Source: Candidatus Obscuribacterales bacterium (GTDB taxonomy: Bacteria; Cyanobacteriota; Vampirovibrionia; Obscuribacterales; Obscuribacteraceae). Taken from it: a DNA stretch of 64,000 bases. Position 1 is the stretch's first letter; each line of letters begins with the position of its first letter. Below the pieces are notes generated by a model. It saw nothing but the letters and a program-made list of their open reading frames with translations, was not told where the DNA came from and made no database searches. The stretch is from assembly GCA_965228855.1 (NCBI GenBank), contig CBDDIJ010000005.1:1056001-1120000 (forward strand). The letters are read 5' to 3'. This document shows positions 30,895 through 41,244 of this stretch, piece by piece. Made by a program: the position numbers and the translations under genes.

Positions 30895-32030
30895 CGATTG
30901 CGAGGTAGAACTTCGCCCTCGATCTTTGTCTCGGTTCGAGTTCCCCCGCCACCAGGAGCGGAGCGCCTGGACTTAGCGGAGTTAAGTTGTGCGCTTGTTG
31001 AGCCGAGTTGTGCAGAAGTACTGGTCTCATCGGTAATCGCAGGCAAAATTCGCGCCTGGGCGTCCAAGGATTTAACTGCAGGTTTGGCGCTCGAATAATT
31101 TCGGATGTAGAGATTAGTGCCTATCGGATTCAACTTCACGGTTCTCCCTTTATAATCCCGATCGTTGTTAACCAACTGCTCTTCTAATTCTTGAGCTTGA
31201 CGTTGAAGTCCTTCCGCTTTATCACGAGCTTCACGCTCTTTCCATGCGGCTTTAGCCTCGCCAAGCCGGCGCAAACTCTCGGCGTTTTGAGCGGCGCGAT
31301 TTCGCAAGGTAGCGAGTTCTGCTCCGCTAAGACCTTGTTGATCTCCGCGACTGCCACCATTATTAATAAGACGCTCGACTCTTTCTCGTTCAGACTTCCC
31401 TTGCACTTCGGCTTTGTGCTTTTCGCCGTCGGCCTCGGCTCTTCCAGTCTGAATGGCTCTTTCACGAGCCTTGGCAGTCTGCGCGCGAATAAGCTCCAGC
31501 GTTCCTGGGGGTAGATTACTTGGTGAAGACTTAGTTTCAACTCTGTTTGATTCCGAGTCCGAATTATCCATCACATCGGCTTCATCGCTCTGGTTATCAG
31601 ATAGAGAACGATCGGTAGAACCGGCCCTGGATAGCTGCGAGGTTTCTATCTGTTTAATCGCTTTGCGAGCTTGATCCGCAAACGGAGTTTTAGGTCCGAG
31701 ATGGACGACGAGTTCATATTCATGTGACGCTTCGGGCAATCGTTTCAAGGCGAGTAAACAATTTGCCCGTAAGTAGCGAGCAAAAATATTTTGAGAGTCG
31801 TGATGCAGTATCGCTTCCAGAATTTTCTTTGATGCGCTGTAATTGCCAGCTCTATAAAGTTTCAGCACGGCATCCAGGTTATTGACGGGAGCTTGCGCCG
31901 CTGCTGGAGCCGTCCCGGATGCGGGTTCGGCAACGATCGGCGCAGCCAACGAGGGCGGTACGAACGCACCACTACACAATGAAAGAAAGACGATAGTCTG
32001 AACGCGCATGGGTTCAATTATATCTGACAC
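30891..32030 (-). CDS. Secreted TPR and coiled-coil protein
   Basis: Signal-like N-terminus; LYRAGNYSASKK...ARYLRANCLLAL; charged helical C-terminal half. Confidence 0.8.
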   Translation of the reverse strand: MSDIIEPMRVQTIVFLSLCSGAFVPPSLAAPIVAEPASGTAPAAAQAPVNNLDAVLKLYRAGNYSASKKILEAILHHDSQNIFARYLRANCLLALKRLPEASHEYELVVHLGPKTPFADQARKAIKQIETSQLSRAGSTDRSLSDNQSDEADVMDNSDSESNRVETKSSPSNLPPGTLELIRAQTAKARERAIQTGRAEADGEKHKAEVQGKSERERVERLINNGGSRGDQQGLSGAELATLRNRAAQNAESLRRLGEAKAAWKEREARDKAEGLQRQAQELEEQLVNNDRDYKGRTVKLNPIGTNLYIRNYSSAKPAVKSLDAQARILPAITDETSTSAQLGSTSAQLNSAKSRRSAPGGGGTRTETKIEGEVLPRNR

Positions 32031-32048
32031 CGTGCAGCAGAGCAGCGT

Positions 32049-34034
32049 TTACTTCTCGCCGATATAGCCCTGTTGCTTCTGAAGTGGAAGGGTGCTTCCA
32101 AGGACATTGATTACGCCGGAAACGGGATCACGAGCGATTACGACACGTCGGAAGCGTATGTCGGCGACGGAACCATTTGTCGAATAGGTAGGTCGCATGC
32201 CCGGTCCTGTACCGTCGAATTTTTCATACTTAGCATTATCGCGATCAATTTGTGGTCCCAGAAGGCTGATCAGCTGCCATTTGAAAGCGAAGTCTTCCTG
32301 GGGCATCAAAGTGGGTATGGCTCCAACGCCAATTCCGATAAGCGGACCGTCAGCTTTCGTTTTCGCACCACGTCCGGCGAGACGTTGACACAAAGACCCG
32401 CGACCGAAGTTTCTAAACGCATCTAAATGCAACTTGGGTCTGGCTTGCGAGACGAGATTGTTATCCATGGGTTCGCCCTCGTGCTTGCCGCCGGCGTTTC
32501 CATATCGTCGACTGTAGATTCGGACAAACATATCGTATCGAGGCGTCAGTTCAACGGAAGCGAGCGGGATACCGATCGGTGGAATAATCGTCAAGGCGAC
32601 TGGCTGCACTGTTCGACTATTAGAACCGTTGGTGAGAGCATCAAAGCACTCGATCATATTTTGTTTATCGCTGACAACCCACCAGGGGTAGGGCTTCATT
32701 TCCTTAGCTTCGTAGTCGATGACGCCATCTGTGTCAAATTTATAGATGTGCGCGACTCCGCGTGGTATCGTCCCCACCGGGTGTGACGGAGGCCAGGGCA
32801 CATCGCTTCCCTGAGGGAGAAACGGCGTATGATGCATCCCGACCATAGAGTCGACATTAGCTTTGGTACCGGCTCGTCGCAGCCAATCATAGACTGCGAT
32901 TTTGCATGCGGAAGAGGCTAGTTTCGTAGACTCGGATGGAATCGGCCAGGTGGCCCCCGGCGACATAGCGCTGCCTCCGGTTGTCGGATAGTCTCCCGGG
33001 GTGGCGTCGAGATATTCGCAGGTGTCTTCAGACTGACTGAGGAGCGGTCCGTACAAATCGATGGGTTGCGTAATCGCCTCCGTCCCATCTGGGACGCCGT
33101 CAGGAAAACTCAATGTCAGAGCACCCGGATACGGACGTGGATCATATACGCTTGCCGGTTGAGCGCACGCCACGGACTTCAGAGTTGCATCACCAGTGGT
33201 GGCATTCTTCACGACCTGCAATGCCTCAGCGCGAATGATAGTGGGATGCTGATAAGGCAACCCTGCTTTCGACGGTTTCCACTGTTTCAAGTCAACCAAT
33301 TTTATGGCGCTTCCGATTCCCGCAAACACGAAATCCTGGTCACCAATCGGCACGTTTACATACGACTTGTAGCAACCGGCAGTCGTGTTTGTGTTATCGA
33401 GAGAGCTGTCAACGCCAACGGGATTCGGAACCGCAATTGAAGTGATACCATCTACAACACCAAGCTCTAATTTCAATGAATTTGGAACGTAATTGCCACC
33501 ACCGGTCATTCGAATCAGGTTCTGCAGATACGCAGCCTCAGCGGCTTGATATGGTTTTACAACAACTCCGTTCTTATTATGAGCACTTCCGGTCGGTTTA
33601 ATCGCATCTTTGATTTCAGTAATCAATTCATCAGCGGCGGCTTTCGCCTTATTCAAATCTATCGTGGCCAGTTCACGCCACTCCGGAACATCCAAACCTG
33701 GTTGACTACCGATTAGATAATCCAGTCTAGCTGTGCCAATCAGGGTGTTTATGCTGTGAACGGGCAAGTAATAAAAGTCACCGGCTGAAGTGGCGGAACC
33801 AATCGGCGCGGAATCGGACAAACCGACATATCCGAAGTCGGGGTTATCGACGACAATAGTGCTGATTTCCCGTGCCGCCGCAATTGCAGCCGACTCGATT
33901 GCCGTTTTCTGCTCGGAGCTACTTCCGACAAGTCGCACATAGCCTAGCGCAAAAAACGCCAGAGCCAGAAAGATTACGACAAATGCCGTAATCAGAATGA
34001 GCATGTTGCCACGATCAGACCTACTTTTCGCCAT
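32049..34034 (-). CDS. Protein with TadG/TadE-like pseudopilin N-terminus
   Basis: RG/NMLILITAFVVIFLALAFFALGYVR...QKTAIESAAIAAARE matches the Tad N-terminal pattern. Confidence 0.75.
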   Translation of the reverse strand: MAKSRSDRGNMLILITAFVVIFLALAFFALGYVRLVGSSSEQKTAIESAAIAAAREISTIVVDNPDFGYVGLSDSAPIGSATSAGDFYYLPVHSINTLIGTARLDYLIGSQPGLDVPEWRELATIDLNKAKAAADELITEIKDAIKPTGSAHNKNGVVVKPYQAAEAAYLQNLIRMTGGGNYVPNSLKLELGVVDGITSIAVPNPVGVDSSLDNTNTTAGCYKSYVNVPIGDQDFVFAGIGSAIKLVDLKQWKPSKAGLPYQHPTIIRAEALQVVKNATTGDATLKSVACAQPASVYDPRPYPGALTLSFPDGVPDGTEAITQPIDLYGPLLSQSEDTCEYLDATPGDYPTTGGSAMSPGATWPIPSESTKLASSACKIAVYDWLRRAGTKANVDSMVGMHHTPFLPQGSDVPWPPSHPVGTIPRGVAHIYKFDTDGVIDYEAKEMKPYPWWVVSDKQNMIECFDALTNGSNSRTVQPVALTIIPPIGIPLASVELTPRYDMFVRIYSRRYGNAGGKHEGEPMDNNLVSQARPKLHLDAFRNFGRGSLCQRLAGRGAKTKADGPLIGIGVGAIPTLMPQEDFAFKWQLISLLGPQIDRDNAKYEKFDGTGPGMRPTYSTNGSVADIRFRRVVIARDPVSGVINVLGSTLPLQKQQGYIGEK

Positions 34035-34110
34035 AGATACCAGACTCGTTTTTTAAAAGTGAGTAGCCATACTTTATCATGGTGATTTCCAACAGAGCCA
34101 TTGGACCTTT

Positions 34111-36846
34111 CTAGCGATACTTACCGGCGCCGAGAATCTTCACATGCCGCCTGGGCATCGAAGGATCATCTTGTGCCGCCGGGGGCTCAGGGACTGCGGT
34201 TTGCTCCTGCGCTTCACCTGTAGCAGAGCCAATTGAGGAGTTAGGAGAGTTCGGCGGAGGACTACCTTCAATTGGAATTTCGCTGGAAACTGACGGTTCG
34301 AAAAGTTTTTGAAACGGAGCGGGAGCTTGAGGCACAGGTTTCGGATCAGCAGTAGATGATGTTTCGCCGCGCGTAACGCGCTTGAGAGCCTCCGTAGCAG
34401 CTGTTTCCTGATGGATGGTCGGCTCCTGCACCGTCACCGGCGCATCAGGCTTGGTCTGCATGGACATCCATATAAATCCACCCAGAGCACAAAAAATTGC
34501 TATCGTGATCGCCACAAACTTAACCATGCTGCTGGAAGTGCGGTCAGGACGCGCTCCTCCACGCCACTTCTTCACGACGGTTTCCGTTTGAGCCTCTCTA
34601 TATTGTTCGACAATAGAGCTCAGATTCTCGGTTTCCTTAGAAGAAACCGTCGGCTGCGGACGCTCCGCCTCTTTCGCCGCCGACTGTTCCACCTTTCTGC
34701 GCCGGCGACGCTTCTCTTTGAACGGTGACGCATCGGCTTCTCGTCCAGCATCCTGCCACCACGCATCAAAGGCGCGACGCATTTCGGCAACGTCGGAGAA
34801 ACGCGCGTCGGGCGATTTACTCATCGCGCGGGCTAGAATTTCCTCCAGTTTTTCAGTAGCAGGCAAATCGGATCGAAACGTCGAAAGAGCCATCGGCATG
34901 CGGTTTTTATCGCAATGAGCCTTGACCATATCTATATCGGAATCACCTTCATAGGGCAAATTCCCGCAAATCAATTCGTAAGTCAAAACGCCAAGTGAGT
35001 AGATGTCGGATTGAATCGTGAGCGTGTGACCGAGACAGTGTTCAGGGCTCATGTAAGCCGGAGAGCCCACGAGCATGCCGGTTCTCGTCAATCGCTGCAT
35101 CGCATCCTGAATTTGCGCAAGCCCAAAATCAAGCACCTTTATGCGCAGCACTCCGCCTTGCTCGATCAACATAATATTCCCGGGCTTCAAATCTCGATGA
35201 ATAATCCCTTGATCGTGAGCGAACTCGAGCGCATCGAACAATTGCGAAACCATTGCGCAAATATCATTAAAATCTGAAACACAGAATTCTCGTTCCAAAT
35301 AATCTTCCAGTACCGTGCCTGAAAGAAGCTCCATCACAAAATAAGTTTGATTCCTGATCTGCACCCGTTCAAGAGCTTTTACGATGTTGGGATGCTTAAG
35401 CTCAAGGTGCAAATTGATCTCACGACTGAACCTTTCTGACAATTCGCTGTCGGCAAACTTCAAGGACTTGAGCGCCACCATTTTCCCGCTCTCGAGATCT
35501 TGGGCACGATAGACTACTGAAAAACCACCTTCGCCGATAATCTCGTGCACCCGGTAGCGATTGTTCATCACCTTGCCGACTACCGGCTCTGCTTGTGGCA
35601 CGTAGCTGAGTTCTTGCCCTGATACAACTCCGAAACCGTTCATCATATGTGTACTGATTTTCTCAGGAAGTCGCCATCCGGAGCGCGGCTTCGTTTCCGA
35701 ATTACTCGCGTCATCCTGAGGACGTTCATTCGTTTCATCAGCGGTAACGGCATCAATCCCAGGCGTCGGCTCCTCACCAGTTTGTGCTAAATCGGGAGCC
35801 TGCGCGCTTAGCTTGTACTTTCCAATTGGCAAAGTTTTGGGATCAATATACTGCTCAGAATCAGGGTCGTCATCAATGCAAATCGGAAACAAATCCAGTT
35901 CGTCCTGACTCAAATTTTTTTGAACGCCTTGATACCATGTGCGAAGAGCATCCTCGTAGAGCTTCACTGTTTGAAAGCGCTTTTCCGGAGCAGTTTCCAG
36001 GGCAATGTAAATGATGGCGTCCAGGCGATCGCAAAGACGGAGCGCTTGATTCTTTGCGGAGATTGGGTCCGGCTTTTTTTCTGGGTCACAGTGAGACTGC
36101 ATGACTTCGTAGAGCGTGGCAGATCCGGCGTAAGGTGCCTTGCCTGTTGCCAGTTCATACGTCACAAGACCAAGAGCATAAACGTCGGAACGCGGATCGA
36201 GTTCTTTCCCAAGACACTGCTCAGGACTCATATATAGAGGAGAGCCGACTATGTGGCCGGTCTTTGTGAATCTCTGAATCTGTTCATGCAGGCGGGCCAT
36301 GCCGAAATCGACGACTTTCATCTGCACATCGCCATGATTTTCCACCATCACCATATTGGCTGGTTTCAAGTCCCGGTGTATGACACCCTGTCGATGCGCG
36401 TAATTAAGAGCGTTTGCCACCTGGCTGAGGACGAAAAAAATATCCTCTTCCGAGGTCACGCCTCTCGGATTGCTTCGAACAAGATATTGAAGCGACGTGC
36501 CTTCAAGATATTCCATTACGAAACAGGTCTGGCCTGAGCGAGGGTCCGTAACGCAGTCTAGAGCCTCAACAATATTGGAATGTTTGAGAAGACTGTGGAC
36601 CTTGATCTCGTGGATAAAGCGTGCCACCACCTCTGGTGTATCATTCAAAAGAATTTTTATCGCAACCGGACGATCGAGTCTCAAGTGGTGCGCCTTGTAG
36701 ACACGCGCCATAGCGCCCTGGCCAAGCAGCTCGAGGATCTCATACTCTTCGTTCAATTTAGTTCCAACAAGCGAGTCCGTGGATTGCCCCTTTGCACGAG
36801 GTCGAGAACCGACTTTTTTCAGCAATTGCTTTAGGTTTTCCGTCAT
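34111..36846 (-). CDS. Membrane Ser/Thr kinase with two tandem kinase domains
   Basis: Domain 1: GQGAMARV, VAIK, HRDLKPAN, DFG, MSPE. Domain 2: GEGGFSVV, VALK, HRDLKPGN, DFG, MSPE. TM then Pro-rich tail. Confidence 0.95.
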   Translation of the reverse strand: MTENLKQLLKKVGSRPRAKGQSTDSLVGTKLNEEYEILELLGQGAMARVYKAHHLRLDRPVAIKILLNDTPEVVARFIHEIKVHSLLKHSNIVEALDCVTDPRSGQTCFVMEYLEGTSLQYLVRSNPRGVTSEEDIFFVLSQVANALNYAHRQGVIHRDLKPANMVMVENHGDVQMKVVDFGMARLHEQIQRFTKTGHIVGSPLYMSPEQCLGKELDPRSDVYALGLVTYELATGKAPYAGSATLYEVMQSHCDPEKKPDPISAKNQALRLCDRLDAIIYIALETAPEKRFQTVKLYEDALRTWYQGVQKNLSQDELDLFPICIDDDPDSEQYIDPKTLPIGKYKLSAQAPDLAQTGEEPTPGIDAVTADETNERPQDDASNSETKPRSGWRLPEKISTHMMNGFGVVSGQELSYVPQAEPVVGKVMNNRYRVHEIIGEGGFSVVYRAQDLESGKMVALKSLKFADSELSERFSREINLHLELKHPNIVKALERVQIRNQTYFVMELLSGTVLEDYLEREFCVSDFNDICAMVSQLFDALEFAHDQGIIHRDLKPGNIMLIEQGGVLRIKVLDFGLAQIQDAMQRLTRTGMLVGSPAYMSPEHCLGHTLTIQSDIYSLGVLTYELICGNLPYEGDSDIDMVKAHCDKNRMPMALSTFRSDLPATEKLEEILARAMSKSPDARFSDVAEMRRAFDAWWQDAGREADASPFKEKRRRRRKVEQSAAKEAERPQPTVSSKETENLSSIVEQYREAQTETVVKKWRGGARPDRTSSSMVKFVAITIAIFCALGGFIWMSMQTKPDAPVTVQEPTIHQETAATEALKRVTRGETSSTADPKPVPQAPAPFQKLFEPSVSSEIPIEGSPPPNSPNSSIGSATGEAQEQTAVPEPPAAQDDPSMPRRHVKILGAGKYR

Positions 36847-36849
36847 ACG

Positions 36850-38331
36850 CTAGTTGGAGATCCAGTCTTTGCGGAACTCTCGGTATTCGATCCGGAATGC
36901 GCGTCGCGTCTGGTTGTTTGTTGAAATAAAATCTTCGCGATAAAGATCACGCAATACATTCGGGTCGAACTTGGGAAGCTTGGTCGATGGAACCTGCGGC
37001 AACTGGGCAACCGTTGCCTGGACAGCCTCCTGAGCGCCTGACTTCGATGCTACCACCGGCACAGTTACCGGCTCGAGCAGAACCTCTTCTTTCGGCTTAG
37101 CCGGCTTAATCAAACCGGCGACGCTCTCCGAGGAAGCGATGAACAGTTGTCTCGTCTCATCCGGTTTTACAAAAGCAGCGTACAAAGCGACTCCAACAAC
37201 AATCAAGCAGCCGATTAGAGCGACGGAAAGTCTGATAGCGGAAGCCATAGGCGACTGGCGAGGCCCTTTAGCCGCAGCGATGCTGGTCAGCTTCATTACC
37301 GCGGTCTCTTCTTGTACGCTTTGCTTGGACTTCAAATTCACCATAGCCCGGACGGTCGTACGCATGTTGTTAGTAATCTTCTTTTTCTTCTTGACCAGCG
37401 GTTCCAGGGCCTTGGGTTCTTCGTTAAACCTCTCGACGACTTGCGATCGTGTAGCCTCAGACCCCTTCACCGAGTCCATCCAATCAATCAATCCATTCTC
37501 GAATTCCGGGGCGCTCTTCAAACGCCATTCCTCATCCGGATCGAGAGTATCATCAAGAAGCTGAGTAAACTCCTCGAATCCTCGCATATCTGAACGGTGT
37601 TCGGACAAGGCATCGAACGAGACTTGATCGATCGCGCCCGAACGAGGATTCAAAATTTCATCCAGCGTCCTATTGGGATCCGGTGATTCACCAGTGACCG
37701 TGTAATACGACAACACCGCCAACTGAAATATGTCTGATTCCGGCTTGGGATACATGATTACACCGGCTGACTCAAAGGCGCGCAGTTGTTGCTGAAGATG
37801 GGAGAAACCAAAATTTGCAATTTTGACGCAAATCTCTCCGTTAACATCAGCAAGACAAATGTTTCTCGGATGCAGGTATCCATGAGCAATTCCATTTTCA
37901 TGGGCAAACTGCAGACCTCGACAGACCTGACTCAAAGTATCGAACACTTCGACTTCCTGTTCGATGAACCCACCGCCGTCCACCAAATCCTCGAGCCGAA
38001 CAAAGTCAACAAACTCCCATACGAAATACGGTCGGCTATCGGCCTCTTCGTATGCTATCAGCTGCAAAATATTCTCGTGTTTTAAACTGAAGACGCCCTT
38101 CGCTAAACTTGCAAAATTGTTAAACCCTGATGGAATCTGCGTCTTTAGAGTTTCAATCAACACAAGTTGGTTAGTGGATAAGTCGCGAGCGGCAAAAATG
38201 CTTCCATCCTCATTTTCTTGAACAAGGTCGGAGATTTTGAACTTTCCGAATAAAATATCGCCAACCCTGCTATCCGCCCTGCTCAGCGGGCGGTCTTGAG
38301 CTTCTGGATTTTCTACGACGGATTCCGACAT
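36850..38331 (-). CDS. Membrane-anchored Ser/Thr pseudokinase
   Basis: Kinase fold with QENEDG for the Gly loop, VLIE for VAIK, HGYLHPRN for HRDLKPxN, NFG for DFG; one TM. Confidence 0.85.
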   Translation of the reverse strand: MSESVVENPEAQDRPLSRADSRVGDILFGKFKISDLVQENEDGSIFAARDLSTNQLVLIETLKTQIPSGFNNFASLAKGVFSLKHENILQLIAYEEADSRPYFVWEFVDFVRLEDLVDGGGFIEQEVEVFDTLSQVCRGLQFAHENGIAHGYLHPRNICLADVNGEICVKIANFGFSHLQQQLRAFESAGVIMYPKPESDIFQLAVLSYYTVTGESPDPNRTLDEILNPRSGAIDQVSFDALSEHRSDMRGFEEFTQLLDDTLDPDEEWRLKSAPEFENGLIDWMDSVKGSEATRSQVVERFNEEPKALEPLVKKKKKITNNMRTTVRAMVNLKSKQSVQEETAVMKLTSIAAAKGPRQSPMASAIRLSVALIGCLIVVGVALYAAFVKPDETRQLFIASSESVAGLIKPAKPKEEVLLEPVTVPVVASKSGAQEAVQATVAQLPQVPSTKLPKFDPNVLRDLYREDFISTNNQTRRAFRIEYREFRKDWISN

Positions 38332-38472
38332 ACCTGGACTTTCCCGGCGAGTAGCTAATACAGTTTTCCAGCATGTGAACCAATTTTAGCTCAAGAAGAG
38401 GTCAAACGCATTCTTTGATTGAGCCCAAAGTTAAAATCAGAACGTTCTTCGTTCCTTAATCTCTCGGATTGT

Positions 38473-39738
38473 TCACCGCGAAGTGCTGCTAAACCGCGCT
38501 ACATCTCTACGGATTGAGGCGAAGCTAAGAATTGCCTGTTCGACTGTTGCTCCGTTGATCGACAAGAGATCCACGAGGTTGCGAGCATGCGTTATCACAA
38601 GTTCATCACTTCCAAACATCCGCGTCAATAACTCGGCAAATTGCGCATCATTAGTGAAACAGTTAAATACAAGTTTCTGAAGTTCTTCTTTGGCGGTGGT
38701 ATCGTCAATGGTGCGACCAATTATGTCTCCGAATTCTTTTTTGCGCGAAACAATCAATTTTGCAATCTCCTTAATGTCCGGCGGCGTCAGAAAACCACAG
38801 GCCAACAGGAACTTATGCAAGTTGAACTTTTCACCATCGCCCATTCGCACGCCGTCTTTCTTGCTCAGGTCAGCGTTGATCAAAAAATTTACAGCTTCAT
38901 GTCCGGTCACGTACCCACCGTCAACCAGCTTACTCAAGCCCAGGGTGGCAGAAACCAGAGCTGGGTCAATCCAGTTAAAACCGCACAGGACTTGCTCTAA
39001 CGGAAGATTATTTGCAACTGCAAAGTTTGTAGCTGTTTGAACATCAGCCTCACTGCATACACGACCGGCGATCAAAAGATCTTGCAGATCAAGCTCGATA
39101 ACAGGCTTCATCGCAATATCCGCATTCATAGCAAGCGGCATTATCTTTAGATGATCGACCGCCTCTGCATAGCTGATTGCTTTTTGTCTGATATTGGTTT
39201 GAAAACCTAAAGCGGCATCAATAATTTCCGGAGGGAAGTTAAAGTGGATACAGAGAACTCTGCCCAACGGTAGCCCGCAGAGATTCTGCAGGGACAAGGC
39301 ATTATTCAACTGCTCGACATCAACCAGTTGCGCAGCCAAAAGAAGTTCGCCAAGGCGCACCGACTCAATCTCATCCACGGATAAACCGATTGCAGCCAGG
39401 GACTCTTTTACGTTCAAGCCTTTAACTTTAGAAAGCTGAAATGCTTCGCGAATGTGCTCGAAATCGCATAGACCGCGACGGTACAATCCATGAAATTCTA
39501 GTAGCCGTCCCAGATCTTCATTGGATATGAGACGACGGACGACCAGCGTGCGACCAAGAGGTATGCCCAATTGCTTTGAAGCCATTAGAGTGCCGGCCAG
39601 TTCTTCAGCAGGGAGCGCATCGAGCGCTGCAAGAAACTCACCGAATCTGATACCGCTTCGTTGCGCGTCGACGTTCGGCATCGCTGCCGATCCAGGCGAT
39701 GGCGGAAGGCCCTTAGCTATGTTTGGTTCTTCGGACAA
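38473..39738 (-). CDS. MshEN-like repeat protein (putative c-di-GMP receptor), no ATPase domain
   Basis: RFGEFL..PLGRTLV..LIS, RLGELLLAAQLVDVEQLNNALSLQ..PLGRVL and further degenerate copies. Confidence 0.75.
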   Translation of the reverse strand: MSEEPNIAKGLPPSPGSAAMPNVDAQRSGIRFGEFLAALDALPAEELAGTLMASKQLGIPLGRTLVVRRLISNEDLGRLLEFHGLYRRGLCDFEHIREAFQLSKVKGLNVKESLAAIGLSVDEIESVRLGELLLAAQLVDVEQLNNALSLQNLCGLPLGRVLCIHFNFPPEIIDAALGFQTNIRQKAISYAEAVDHLKIMPLAMNADIAMKPVIELDLQDLLIAGRVCSEADVQTATNFAVANNLPLEQVLCGFNWIDPALVSATLGLSKLVDGGYVTGHEAVNFLINADLSKKDGVRMGDGEKFNLHKFLLACGFLTPPDIKEIAKLIVSRKKEFGDIIGRTIDDTTAKEELQKLVFNCFTNDAQFAELLTRMFGSDELVITHARNLVDLLSINGATVEQAILSFASIRRDVARFSSTSR

Positions 39739-39846
39739 TGCCCTACCCTGACAAGGGTCTTATAGTAAGCGAGTCATGCCTGCCACAGCACTCATAGGAT
39801 GTGTACCACGTTTGCTCCGCTAAACCAACATCTCCCGCCGGCTTCA

Positions 39847-41244
39847 TCAAGGGCGAATTTCGATACCTCTTTCGGTGATATCAAACGGGTGAGCTTTCAG
39901 GTCATGGTTGCAACCACGAGCCTTTACACAGCGAAGTTCTCGCTCATAATTAGGATGATAGCCGCTGCTCAGTAAAATGATATTGTCGGCCATGTTGCTG
40001 TATCGCGCACTTCCTTCTACAGCGAGACTTTCTATGTTACTGGAAGCAGTTTCATACACGAGCATAGAGCTTATGTCCTGAACGGCAAGTGTCTGGCAGA
40101 GCGCGTACAGGTAGTCGTGCAGACGAGACCCGTCGCTTGCTGCCATGGAGAGGTCACCAATGGCATCAATTACGATGCGCGAGAACTTTCGCTCCTCGAG
40201 TAATTTCAAGACGGTTACCACGATACTATCAATCTGGAGTTCTACTGGAGACGCATAGACGAATTCCATGCCGCCCTTACGCAGCTCTTCTTGCGAGTAT
40301 CCAAGTGTGTCAATGGCGCGGAGGAGTTGGGTCGGGTTTTCCTGAAAGTTGACGTACAGACTTTTCTCATTGCACCTGATCGCCTCGAGCGCGAACATCA
40401 AACTGAAGGTAGTTTTACCAGAGCCGGTCGGACCGGCGACCAGCGTTGATGCACCTCTCCACAAGCCGCCATCGAGAAGTCGATCCATGTCTTTGATGCC
40501 ACACGAAATGCGCTCTTTTTTCCACGAGTATGATTCGATTTGCGTCGGACCGATTAGTCGTGGATAAACAGACATGCCCTCATTCGAGATAGAACAGCCG
40601 TGCAGTCCCTCTGCGTACGAACTTCCGCGCAGTTTCAACACGCGTACAAAGCGTTCATCCTTGGTTGTTTCCGAGTTCCGGGAAAACTGAATGATACCGT
40701 CAGCGATGGCAAACTCCGGCAACTCTTTGTAATCTTCCTCGGTGTACTCCCCCACCAGAAAAACGGTGGTATCAAACGCCGATAATATACCGGCCAGGTC
40801 GAAAAGCATCCGCCGATATTCGCTCAGGGAAGAGGCAATATCCTTCAAACCTCTAAACGAATCGATAACAATAATTCTTGGCGACAGCTCAAGAATCATC
40901 TCCTCGACGGTATGAGCGAATCCCTCAATACCTTTTTCAATCAGATTGCGCCCGACTTCCCTGTAGTGAACGACAGATCCAATCTTGTCTTCATCATAGA
41001 AGGAGAAGCGTTGCAAATAAGTGAGTACTTTCGAGATCGGCTCGGATAAAGTGGTCAGATACAATATCGGGCGCTCGCCATGTGATGCGTTGAAGAACAC
41101 AAGTTGCTCGGCAAAAATCGTCTTCCCTGTGCCGGGCTGACCCATGATGATGTTAATCGAATTCTTCGGAAATCCGCCCCTGAGAATCATGTCTACCTGG
41201 CGATTTCCTGTACTGAGCGTATCATTTTCCATCGCGACTGGCAT
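39847..41244 (-). CDS. KaiC-like double RecA-domain ATPase
   Basis: GQPGTGKT/IVIDS and GPTGSGKT/IVIDA; KLRGS and KARG fingers; AAGGAG RBS before ATG 41244. Confidence 0.92.
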   Translation of the reverse strand: MPVAMENDTLSTGNRQVDMILRGGFPKNSINIIMGQPGTGKTIFAEQLVFFNASHGERPILYLTTLSEPISKVLTYLQRFSFYDEDKIGSVVHYREVGRNLIEKGIEGFAHTVEEMILELSPRIIVIDSFRGLKDIASSLSEYRRMLFDLAGILSAFDTTVFLVGEYTEEDYKELPEFAIADGIIQFSRNSETTKDERFVRVLKLRGSSYAEGLHGCSISNEGMSVYPRLIGPTQIESYSWKKERISCGIKDMDRLLDGGLWRGASTLVAGPTGSGKTTFSLMFALEAIRCNEKSLYVNFQENPTQLLRAIDTLGYSQEELRKGGMEFVYASPVELQIDSIVVTVLKLLEERKFSRIVIDAIGDLSMAASDGSRLHDYLYALCQTLAVQDISSMLVYETASSNIESLAVEGSARYSNMADNIILLSSGYHPNYERELRCVKARGCNHDLKAHPFDITERGIEIRP

